A stretch of 63,693 bases of DNA, counting the filler, from Stramenopiles sp. TOSAG23-3 (lineage: Eukaryota): assembly GCA_900128585.1 (NCBI GenBank). It is 9 parts of 9 records of this genome, joined end to end, with 100 filler letters (N's around TTAATTAATTAA, not from the genome) between each part and the next. Parts side by side here need not be neighbours in the genome. Positions count along the whole stretch, not along the records: positions 49,679 to 56,637 come from LT643221.1; positions 56,738 to 63,693 come from LT643222.1; 7 more parts are not named here. One strand, 5' to 3'. Shown here piece by piece: positions 55,701-63,616 of this stretch. Positions within the stretch are counted from its first letter, which is position 1. The number at the start of each line of letters is the position of its first letter. The translations under genes and the position numbers were made by a program. Below the pieces are notes generated by a model. It saw nothing but the letters and a program-made list of their open reading frames with translations. It did no database searches and had not been told where the DNA came from.

Positions 55701-56157
55701 CTTGGTCAAGATCAACACCAAACAATTCTTGGACAAGACCGAGGAAGGCGCCATGGTCAAACGTGCAGTCCTCAGGCTCATGACTTTGGACAACACCGAC
55801 GATGAGCTCACCATTTGCCGCCTTATTCGCGAATGGAGCGCGGCAGATGTCACATGGGTCACGCAGCCAGCGTACGACGGGCCAAAAGAAAAATGCATGG
55901 TCGTCAAGGCCAACAAGAAGAACATGTGGTCGGACATCGACATCTCCGACTGGATGCGCGTGTGGATGTCCGAGCCGAAGAAAAACTACGGCATGGTCAT
56001 CGTGCCAAGCGGAAAGGATGCGGCGACGTTCGTATCCCACCTAGACCCGGACGCGAACCAGCGCCCACGTTTGTCTTTGAGTTGCCATGGGGACCGCGCC
56101 GATGCCAACTTGGTGTTCAAGTCCACTAAAGTAGAGTTGAAAAAGAAACAAAAGTAA
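52756..56157 (+). CDS. Secreted mosaic protein: Reelin-like repeat / coiled-coil / EGF / VWD / lectin-like / DNRLRE-like
   Basis: Signal peptide; CSGHG...CDCNPGYIGDKCE (EGF); CQSVGDPHPLTLDG..Y and GLCG (VWD); SLVFDG..RKLTS and QIRFYQ..FYVDDLMV (Reelin-like); VTWVTQP..IDISDW..NYG..RPRL (DNRLRE-like). Confidence 0.75.
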   Translation: MRRAYEQRRVSLSLLFLILVIGSECIALSSATSVHKTGAKLFKKAAATATAKARVHLSRGHHEEKEAARRDDKDDKDDKDDSDAKGNFLPNYLKKINCDKSRVRELFFVAHKKGIKLSKNEVLAQFKACIKENAKKKVVNVGDKSTATQNADPTKEEEDDSLIREFGDKFQTWDSNKWVEKEGKYARISNKTLEKGYGNSLVFDGDDNGRSLKSGGVRKLTSRPFNMKYGGAIRFSIKMGSENGTEWCKRDVKRLQKMEEAKKREEAAKAKAREEAEKKNLRKMMEAKKKMSCESGRQCSGHGVGIYNATCDEDWNCKERTCTCDCNPGYIGDKCEQAYKNSQCQSVGDPHPLTLDGLRYNIYDAGEFVMFKHPKVPVEIHMLTRMAHPRIAATAAVAMKNLKTNTVFTFEQPHCGNGWTPQFRVEKEGKCVDGAQYGQKFELDGLRYDGGKTIHGPLHINIHVGGWWRYGWAQGSKCSGASWLNAYFNVRAPRDGKSTGLCGAFGKGSAADDRELVHTAGHRHHHQISRHTRDKNSVQAKDSFFKCGFYNPGFRYSPYFKSLKAGQTSRAAMKAAAMVDAEAKLMRELAVDKAINEANDKADEKNETKEDGEKLTKEQALEKCKQKEDISTQEALANCVNDMMLTADPKVEKVAAAESKEEEEASAEEIAENEKMEELEMVAEAKLKVAGPLDPVLQWCAGNCTMDKSWKQLKAYPEKVYGNFLSKDFREMTARIPDEAKVPNLQIRFYQKDHGCHCCNEFYVDDLMVDGGGMGISIVADKRFTLYADGHKVGSGDWWEPAKDTYRYRARKDTKVFAIEVNGGEDARMGVIASFGKHLVTSSAWKCTVDKVPNWNHPKFDDGEWPSAVEEGQNGILPWGERPGIAKKAFWIFTHDTYKMKSQTAYCRVNVKAASHSSHSVHPEATRWSCKSQKNRQTPNSLQLNGDMMTAVEVRSGKEKNEHFSPGESFTTKADGSDQSRILVKINTKQFLDKTEEGAMVKRAVLRLMTLDNTDDELTICRLIREWSAADVTWVTQPAYDGPKEKCMVVKANKKNMWSDIDISDWMRVWMSEPKKNYGMVIVPSGKDAATFVSHLDPDANQRPRLSLSCHGDRADANLVFKSTKVELKKKQK

Positions 56158-56737
56158 AAAGTAATAAACGGTTAATTAAAACTTTTGCATATTTTATATC
56201 AATATATGTTAGTTAAATATATTAACTTGATGTAAATACTATATATGATATGTTAATTTGTTTTTTTTTAACTTGATGTTAACGTAAACATTTTATCACA
56301 AAGAAGTTAATTTCAATAATTACACGTAAACATATTATACTTTACACAGCAGGCGGCGTACGTAGGAATCACCGATAATAATTATAATTATATATTTAAT
56401 ATGTTCCTTGTCCACTCTTCGAATCAGTTCACAGTTTTTATGCTTGCTAGACGCTTCAAATGAATTGGAATTTTCTCGAAAAAATCACCGCATCTCATTG
56501 CAAGCATAGTTGATAACAAACCAAACCGTGCTACACCATGGCGTGTTTATGGTTATTGGTCTTCATCGTGGTCAGTGCCAATGCAAGCGAGAGTGCGTCG
56601 CGGCCAACCAATCAAAACGTTCCCAAGTGCCTGAGGGNNNNNNNNNNNNNNNNNNNNNNNNNNNNNNNNNNNNNNNNNNNNTTAATTAATTAANNNNNNN
56701 NNNNNNNNNNNNNNNNNNNNNNNNNNNNNNNNNNNNN

Positions 56738-56834
56738 AGCAAAATTGACGATATTGCAATGTGTATTGATTGTTCGAACGTGTCTAACAATATAGTTTGT
56801 CGTGAACGAGGCCAATAAGTTACGACGGCGTAAT
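56738..56834 (+). repeat. Left inverted repeat arm (79 bp perfect to 56816; 97 bp with 3 mismatches)
   Basis: agcaaaattgacgatattgcaat...cgtgaacgaggccaat equals the reverse complement of 63615-63693. Confidence 0.95.
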
Positions 56835-56874
56835 ATAGTTTGTCGTGAACGAGGCCAATAAGTTACGACGGCGT
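56789..56874 (+). repeat. Perfect 43-bp tandem duplication at the inner edge of the left arm
   Basis: aatatagtttgtcgtgaacgaggccaataagttacgacggcgt x2 (56789-56831, 56832-56874). Confidence 0.95.
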
Positions 56875-56940
56875 TCGGCGATATACCTTGGAAGCCCCAT
56901 TGAGCTCTCCACACGCCGAACCGTCCAAAGCTACGGGACA

Positions 56941-59900
56941 ATGGAGCTCGCGGACTATACGTATACATACTTGGAGCAAAGATATGGTGTTGTGATAGCG
57001 TCTAAAATTGAACTATATGTAATCAAAAGCATCAAAGTTCACAGGTTAGTAGATAAAAAGCTAAAATGTAGTTACTGCGCTCATGAAGCCCCATGGGCCC
57101 AAGGCGTCATGCAACGACATGAATCTACGTGTTTGCACAACCCATACAGGAAAATAACAGTCGAAGAAGCATTAATTTGCTTTGTTGAAGAGTATAAGAA
57201 AGTATTCAATGCACCATTAACGATTGAAGAAGTAAAGAAAAAAGCTGATGTTCGATTAGACGCATTTCAAAGATATGTTAACAAAGGTTTACACAAACAC
57301 AATCCATACTTGAAACAAATTGTGTCAATGGTTCGGAAAAACATAGAAGAAAAGGAAGCCTCGCGGCGTCGTGCAAAGAAACATTACCAACAGAAGAAGA
57401 AAGGAGGAAATGGCACTGCAAAATCAGGGAAAATCCCGTTTCAGAATTTCAGGCCAGAAGATACAGCTTCATCTAATATTAAAGGGTTTGTACAAGCGTT
57501 TAAGTGGATAAACAAAAGGGTTGGGAGAAAAAAACAAAGATTTTTGTCGCCCCAAGCAAAACGAAAAAGCAAGGTTTATATTAAACAACAAGCAGCTGCC
57601 AAAAAGGCCGACACATTTGGGTTGCAGCGCCGTTTCTTTTTTTTCTTGAAGAACTATTGTGAACGCAAGAAAATTAACGAAGAATATCTGAATGCTTTAG
57701 AAGCAAAAGCAAATGAACGGTTGATGGCTACAAATCATTCTGTGCCAGGATGGCGACCAGAATGGTCAGATTTAAGCCACAATGCAGATGATGGACATAG
57801 TGGAACACCATCTAATCGTTCGCTTGTAAAAGTGTTGGGGGCCATTGAATATTGTATTCATCTAAGCGGCCTGCCTCAGAATATATTCGCTGCCGTTGAG
57901 CCAGGCAATGGTGTCCTCGACTTCGCAAGAGCAATACACATAGTACTACCAGGTATGCCTATTTTTGGATATGACTGTAAAAACTACTATGCGGGCGTCT
58001 TTTCAGATCTAAATGCAGTAGGCAATGCCATACGACAATTGAAAATTAGAATATCCGCTTATACAAACATTTCCATGAAAGACATCGGAACTTTTGAATA
58101 TACTTATGGCACTATTATTACAGAGCCGGGCACCTTTTCGCGTATCCTTAAGGAAATGGGGGCATCCAGGGAAATTTATCGAAGCAAACATATGATCGTA
58201 TTTTGTTTCTGGGAAGGATGGGGGGACAACGATAAAATTGTTCTATTGAAGGTAATTCGAATGTCAAATGTCAAAATATTTCTCTCCGGAGACCGTGAAG
58301 CGAAATTTTCTAGAGAAAAGAAGCTTGAAATTTTGAACGCCAGATATAAATCTTGGGGATCAAAATTTGTTGTTTTCAAGGAAATGAAGATTAAGCTAGC
58401 CGGAGGTGGTGATTCTATTGACGGAGTTATCTTCATTCGTCGATCACTGCTAAAAACTAGCATTGGAAATTATGCATTAAAACAGGCTATTTGCCCGCCC
58501 CGCCCACCTGCTGACGTGAGTAAATCAAGATGGCTTCAATTATGGCGCCCCTGGAAAAGTAAAGTAAATACAATTGCATTAGAAGCTATGCAATATTACA
58601 TCGTTAATCATGATTGGTTAAGCAGCAATGTACCGACGAGATGGCATGTCATGGCATACACCCATGGCATGAGTAAAGAGTCACTAATTGCGCTAGTCAC
58701 GAAGGCTATAAAGATTTATATGAATAGTAGTATGTTTGTCTCCGGTGGTTATAGAGCGCAACAAATGGTGCTACGATCACAACTTCAAAACTTTTCCGGT
58801 GAACAAAAAAGCGAATTCTTTTGTGATCGGGCTCAATCAAGGATGTTGCTGATCGATGAGAATGATATATGTGATGAGTTTATCTCAAAAATTGAGCTCG
58901 TTGACCAGAATAACCAAAGCAGAGAGGTGATATTAGATCTACTGAATATTTCAACAAGATTTGCGTGTGGCAAATGCGAGTTTACTGGGACGAAAGAAGA
59001 AGTATTTTCGCATTGCGAATTAGCTCCAGACTGTGTGTCTGATTTGGAGGACTTTGTGCCAGTAACTGAAACAATTGACGCCATTGAATTCAATGATGAT
59101 GCTCATCATATTGGAAGAATAAAAGAAATGTTCAAAGACTTTCAGGCCAAGCTTAGTATAGAAGAGCTGAAGGACACTATAGATGAGCGGACAAAAGCAG
59201 ACCTCACGAAAGAACTCATAAGCATTATTGAAGCAAAAATTGAACTTATGAACGAGGAGAATAGAGAGAAGGAGCTTTTAAACCGTTGGCGCGCTCATGT
59301 GACTCTGAAGCAGCAAAACATATTGAGCAAAACGAAAAAGCAGTTGATCCATTGGCACTTTGTTAATAATTCATGGTATGTGCCAATTGGGGACCACACC
59401 TATGAAATTAAAATAGCTCAATTGTCTACATCAACCGATCCAGAGACAGCACGACAGATGTTATTGTCGTCAGGGATAAAGGAATGGGTGACTCAGCTTC
59501 CAGATATTGGAGTTGACAATGCATACGTAAGAGATATTGAAGCAGTGATTAAATATCGCATCAAGATGGTCACACATCATTTTATGAGAAAAAAACGATA
59601 TAAACATGGTGGCAGTTTGTATATTTCTTTGCATGTAGATGGCGCCCCAAGGACGAAACGAGGTTCTCAGCGAGACCAGCTTATTGTTCTCCTGCGAGTC
59701 TTGAATGAAAACCTTACTGCAACTCAATCAATGATGATCCCAATTGTAATTGCAAATGTCGCAGAGGGATCTGAAGAAGCAAGAACATTGTGTGAATTAG
59801 TAGGCAAAGCAATGATAAGGTTCCAAAAAAATGTGGCAAAAAACAAACTTGAAACAATACAAGAAGACGGTCAAGCGGCGTTTCATACAGATGTGCAATA

Positions 59901-61563
59901 TGTTCCAGCATGTGATTTAAAAGCGCTGAATAGTATCTTTGGGTTTGTCGACCATAAGTCGCCCCACTGTTACCCCTCTGCTGTTTTTCTCAGCAAAGAA
60001 AACTCTGGTTATGGCTCTATTGGTCGAAATAGTACCACGCCCATGACAGACTTTCGCACTCGCCAATTAGATATTACTGAGTTTAAAAGAGAGTTTTTTG
60101 CTCGCGCAAAAACAGTGGAGAATCATGAAAAGTCCCGTTTGCAAAATGACCAAAATAAAACAACTGTTGGAAAGCGCCGTAGAAGAAGCAAAGTCAGGGT
60201 AACACAGGTTAGGCCTCTTTATGAAAAAGATATGCCAAAGCCTGTCGTGATGACAGCGGAAATATTAGGTTTTTTGAGAGAAGAAGTTGCAAAAATACCA
60301 ACTGACGAGCGTAGAAAGTTTGCAAAAATCATGGGGATAGGATTATACGATCCATATCCTTTATTTGGCAATGTATTGTGGACGATGATTTCATTGTGTG
60401 CCCTTCACTACAAAACAAATAAAGTTTTGCAGTTATTACAACTTTGCTCTTTAGCTTTAGCGCGATATGATGAAGCAAGGGGACATAAAATATCAGATAG
60501 AAACGAAATAGGAAAATCATTAAAGGCTTTTTTTTGTGGCTTAAAGGGTAACATCTTCAGCAGCAAACTGTTAATATATGCTGACAAGTCAGAACAAATG
60601 TTTCTAAAAACTGCAACAAGAGCAAACTTTGCCGTCTACAGCTCACAGAGACAGTCGTTGGAATCACTGTTGGATAAAGATGACCAAAATCGTCATCGAA
60701 GGCTCATTGGAGATCAAGCAAATATTGTATTGCGGAACATGGAGGAAATATTGAAACTTCTGCAAGTGGGGCGCAAGCAGCATAAAGGTTCATGTGAACG
60801 AGAGTCTGAGGAAGGATTAGTTGTTATCATTTCAGCAATTTACTGCTTAGGGCAATATGTAAAAGATTGCACATATTATATGTCATTATCTAGCCATCCT
60901 GAGAATGAAGCACCTTCTGACACACAGAAACGACTCAATGGCATTGCTAAGAGATACCGGAGGGTGGCGACAAAACTAGAATTTCTTCAAACGTATGTCT
61001 TCCCTGATCTTTTCAAACCTTACGATAACGTTGCGACAAATGTTGGTCCAGATATTATGGATAATTTAATCAAGCATGGATTTCTAATGGGAGAAATAGG
61101 GCTCCTTGAAGTAATGGAATCTTATCACCAGTATGTAAAACAATTACCTGTTTTTCGAATTTTGAAAGCAGGAAAATCAAATTCTAGTGCTTGTGTTGCA
61201 AAACTTTTGAAAATACTTCTCACCCACATCTACGGGGAAACCATAGACCCGCTGCCTTTGAAGAACACAAGGAAACCATACATTCATCACACGAATTTGA
61301 AAACGACGAGAAAATCAAAAGAAAGTTATATCAAAGTGGTACATGAATATGACGGAATTGGGTGTGTTTGTGGGCGTAGCGCAACTTTTAGTGACTGTCA
61401 ATACTGCAATTATGGCCAAATTGAGAAGCTGGATAAGTTGTGTGAAGACAGCTGTGATTACCTACTAGAAGGGAAAGGTGATTTGGACCAGATACTGAAA
61501 GACAAAGAAAAATTAGTAAAGAATGTCTGGATGAAGGGAAATGGAGTTAATGTAAACAAATAG
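56941..61563 (+). CDS. Zn-finger + DOT1-like methyltransferase-like + RAG1/Transib-like DDE transposase fusion protein
   Basis: First ATG at 56941. CSYC..H..C and CGKC..H..C fingers; VEPGNG..IFGYD..VFCFWEG; LHVDG (D at 59638), CDLKAL..IFG (D at 59914), CALH, LIGDQA, EVMESYH (E at 61117); C-terminal CVCG..CQYC. Confidence 0.65.
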   Translation: MELADYTYTYLEQRYGVVIASKIELYVIKSIKVHRLVDKKLKCSYCAHEAPWAQGVMQRHESTCLHNPYRKITVEEALICFVEEYKKVFNAPLTIEEVKKKADVRLDAFQRYVNKGLHKHNPYLKQIVSMVRKNIEEKEASRRRAKKHYQQKKKGGNGTAKSGKIPFQNFRPEDTASSNIKGFVQAFKWINKRVGRKKQRFLSPQAKRKSKVYIKQQAAAKKADTFGLQRRFFFFLKNYCERKKINEEYLNALEAKANERLMATNHSVPGWRPEWSDLSHNADDGHSGTPSNRSLVKVLGAIEYCIHLSGLPQNIFAAVEPGNGVLDFARAIHIVLPGMPIFGYDCKNYYAGVFSDLNAVGNAIRQLKIRISAYTNISMKDIGTFEYTYGTIITEPGTFSRILKEMGASREIYRSKHMIVFCFWEGWGDNDKIVLLKVIRMSNVKIFLSGDREAKFSREKKLEILNARYKSWGSKFVVFKEMKIKLAGGGDSIDGVIFIRRSLLKTSIGNYALKQAICPPRPPADVSKSRWLQLWRPWKSKVNTIALEAMQYYIVNHDWLSSNVPTRWHVMAYTHGMSKESLIALVTKAIKIYMNSSMFVSGGYRAQQMVLRSQLQNFSGEQKSEFFCDRAQSRMLLIDENDICDEFISKIELVDQNNQSREVILDLLNISTRFACGKCEFTGTKEEVFSHCELAPDCVSDLEDFVPVTETIDAIEFNDDAHHIGRIKEMFKDFQAKLSIEELKDTIDERTKADLTKELISIIEAKIELMNEENREKELLNRWRAHVTLKQQNILSKTKKQLIHWHFVNNSWYVPIGDHTYEIKIAQLSTSTDPETARQMLLSSGIKEWVTQLPDIGVDNAYVRDIEAVIKYRIKMVTHHFMRKKRYKHGGSLYISLHVDGAPRTKRGSQRDQLIVLLRVLNENLTATQSMMIPIVIANVAEGSEEARTLCELVGKAMIRFQKNVAKNKLETIQEDGQAAFHTDVQYVPACDLKALNSIFGFVDHKSPHCYPSAVFLSKENSGYGSIGRNSTTPMTDFRTRQLDITEFKREFFARAKTVENHEKSRLQNDQNKTTVGKRRRRSKVRVTQVRPLYEKDMPKPVVMTAEILGFLREEVAKIPTDERRKFAKIMGIGLYDPYPLFGNVLWTMISLCALHYKTNKVLQLLQLCSLALARYDEARGHKISDRNEIGKSLKAFFCGLKGNIFSSKLLIYADKSEQMFLKTATRANFAVYSSQRQSLESLLDKDDQNRHRRLIGDQANIVLRNMEEILKLLQVGRKQHKGSCERESEEGLVVIISAIYCLGQYVKDCTYYMSLSSHPENEAPSDTQKRLNGIAKRYRRVATKLEFLQTYVFPDLFKPYDNVATNVGPDIMDNLIKHGFLMGEIGLLEVMESYHQYVKQLPVFRILKAGKSNSSACVAKLLKILLTHIYGETIDPLPLKNTRKPYIHHTNLKTTRKSKESYIKVVHEYDGIGCVCGRSATFSDCQYCNYGQIEKLDKLCEDSCDYLLEGKGDLDQILKDKEKLVKNVWMKGNGVNVNK

Positions 61564-62032
61564 TATAATACGAAGTATCTTAATATAAAACTTACCTGTC
61601 TTCGACTCGGTCCCGGTGAACTGGCCCCCGACTTCGACTATTCGCAATCGCACTTAGTTAGTTTTTTTTTGTTATTATTCAAAAAATTCAAAATTTATCC
61701 TTAAAAAAGTAAATTAAATTAGCCTCTAATTAATTATGCAGATTCATAATCTGACTTACAGGGTACAGGGTGAAATATAGAAGATAAATAACCAAACGAA
61801 GAAATGTGCTGAAACTATAATGATCAGCCTATAGCATACAGTTAAACCCTACAATCACACCGAATCTCTAATCCCACCCTAATCCCCAACATTTAAGGGA
61901 TTATAAAAAATACTTAGTAAAATTAATTACCATTCATCTCCTGCCTCCCTGGCCCCGGACTTACTACTAAAATTATTTATGATTCCTATTTTTTTATAAA
62001 AGATCTTACAGTATATTTATCCAGTAAAAGTA

Positions 62033-62175
62033 ACAACGGCAGCCCCAACAACGGCACCAACTGCAGCCCCAACAGCCAGCCCTACCGCTGCCCCAACGAC
62101 GGCACCAACCGCAGCCCCAACAGCCGGCCCCACCGCTGCCCCGACGACGGCACCAACCGCAGTGCCAACGGCGGC
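62033..62175. repeat. 12-bp-period GC-rich repeat (PTAA on the + strand, GAAV on the - strand)
   Basis: Reads TTAAPTTAPTAAPTASPTAAPTTAPTAAPTAGPTAAPTTAPTAVPTAA; variation is mostly at wobble positions. Confidence 0.85.
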
Positions 62176-62182
62176 TCTGCCC

Positions 62183-63616
62183 TTATATAAAACTTACCTG
62201 TTGCCAATCACTCAACTCTTTATCTACTTTTAACTTACCATGTGTCTTGCGGTACGACTTAAATTTAACTTCGACTAACATCTCAAGTGAATGTGCCTTC
62301 TCCTTAAGCAGAATTCGTGCATGTGTTAGACGCTTGTAGAAGTTGAGAAAGTTTATTTTGAAAAGATATTCGATTATTGATGATGCAAGAAACTTTACGC
62401 TGATTTTCCTCCAGCATTCCAGCACCTCCAGAGAAATTCGCTGCTCACGTGGAATTTCTCCTCTCAAAATTATCTCTTTCGAACCAACTAAGTCATATAA
62501 ATCATCTTTGCACATATGTCCAACGCTGACTTTGTCCGTCTCAAAATTAATATATGACCCGAAGTTTGTAACACATTTTATTTTCTCTGAAATGGGCTTC
62601 TGAAACATTTCTAGAAACGCGCTCAAAGGTATGCACTCATTTGATTCAAAAGTAATACCCGTCATGCATAGCAGGCTATGAAACGGCTTTGGGTACTCCC
62701 GTAATACTTTTTCAACTTTATGCTCCCTAATGTTCCTATTATTAGGCGTTTGTTTTCCTAAGCACAATGAAAACCATCTGATTAAATCTTCTTCAACAAT
62801 AGATCGTAGTAACTGTACCATTGATGTATTTTCAGTTTTAGCACAAATGCGTTCTTCAAGAATATCAAGTCTTGACGCCGCACTATCAAGTAAGCAATTG
62901 GTGCTGTTGACATCCAGTTGCAGTTGATGCTGGTGTCGTTTGATGTCTTCACCTGATAATGATAGCTTCGCTACCCCTTTGAGCAATGCGTTTAATTTTT
63001 TATTTGTAATCCCGGCCATTTTATTCTGAGCATTTGCAGATTTGTTACGTATTGTCGAATCTATGAGCTGCCTTTGAATTTTGTTGAAAGACACTTCAAA
63101 TTCTTTTAACAACTTATCCTTTGCAACGATTGCCATTTCCTTCTGTGAAACCATTGCTTGGAATTTACTAATTTCTGCTCTCACAAGACTAAGCTCGGCT
63201 TTAAGTCTTTTCGTCTGAAGTTCTTCCTCCTGCTCTCTGTCTTTTTGTCTTTGAAGTTCCCTTAGAATTTTTCTCTGTGCCTCTACAAGACAAGCAGTGC
63301 ACTGGTCTTGGCCTTCCTTTGGCCGGTATACTTTGCCACACTCACATCTAACTGCAACCACCTTGAAGTCAGTTCCAACACGTGGGTTTAGCATCCGCCG
63401 TTCAATTTCATCGAATGCATACTCATTAGGATATACACTAAGATGGAAAAATATCCTTTTGCCCCTCTTTCGCACTAACATTCCATCCCCGGCATATTTC
63501 TTGCTTTGATTCCATTCATAGCAACTGCCAGCACGCCAGGGCTTCCAAGGTATCTCGTCAATGTTCACTCTGGCAGCATATTCTTTGCCGCAAGTGATTA
63601 CCCCGTTGTAACTCAT
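62183..63616 (-). CDS. Transposon-associated hypothetical protein (Zn-ribbon + long coiled-coil), possibly spliced at the 3' end
   Basis: 477-aa ORF; CECG..CTAC; ~150-aa coiled-coil; ATG lies within the right inverted repeat; CAG|GTAAGT donor-like site four codons before the stop. Confidence 0.65.
   Translation of the reverse strand: MSYNGVITCGKEYAARVNIDEIPWKPWRAGSCYEWNQSKKYAGDGMLVRKRGKRIFFHLSVYPNEYAFDEIERRMLNPRVGTDFKVVAVRCECGKVYRPKEGQDQCTACLVEAQRKILRELQRQKDREQEEELQTKRLKAELSLVRAEISKFQAMVSQKEMAIVAKDKLLKEFEVSFNKIQRQLIDSTIRNKSANAQNKMAGITNKKLNALLKGVAKLSLSGEDIKRHQHQLQLDVNSTNCLLDSAASRLDILEERICAKTENTSMVQLLRSIVEEDLIRWFSLCLGKQTPNNRNIREHKVEKVLREYPKPFHSLLCMTGITFESNECIPLSAFLEMFQKPISEKIKCVTNFGSYINFETDKVSVGHMCKDDLYDLVGSKEIILRGEIPREQRISLEVLECWRKISVKFLASSIIEYLFKINFLNFYKRLTHARILLKEKAHSLEMLVEVKFKSYRKTHGKLKVDKELSDWQQVSFI

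Noticed and set aside
56789-56874. 43-bp repeats as a possible CRISPR array
   Set aside because: Two directly adjacent copies with no spacers, no cas genes, and a eukaryotic context.
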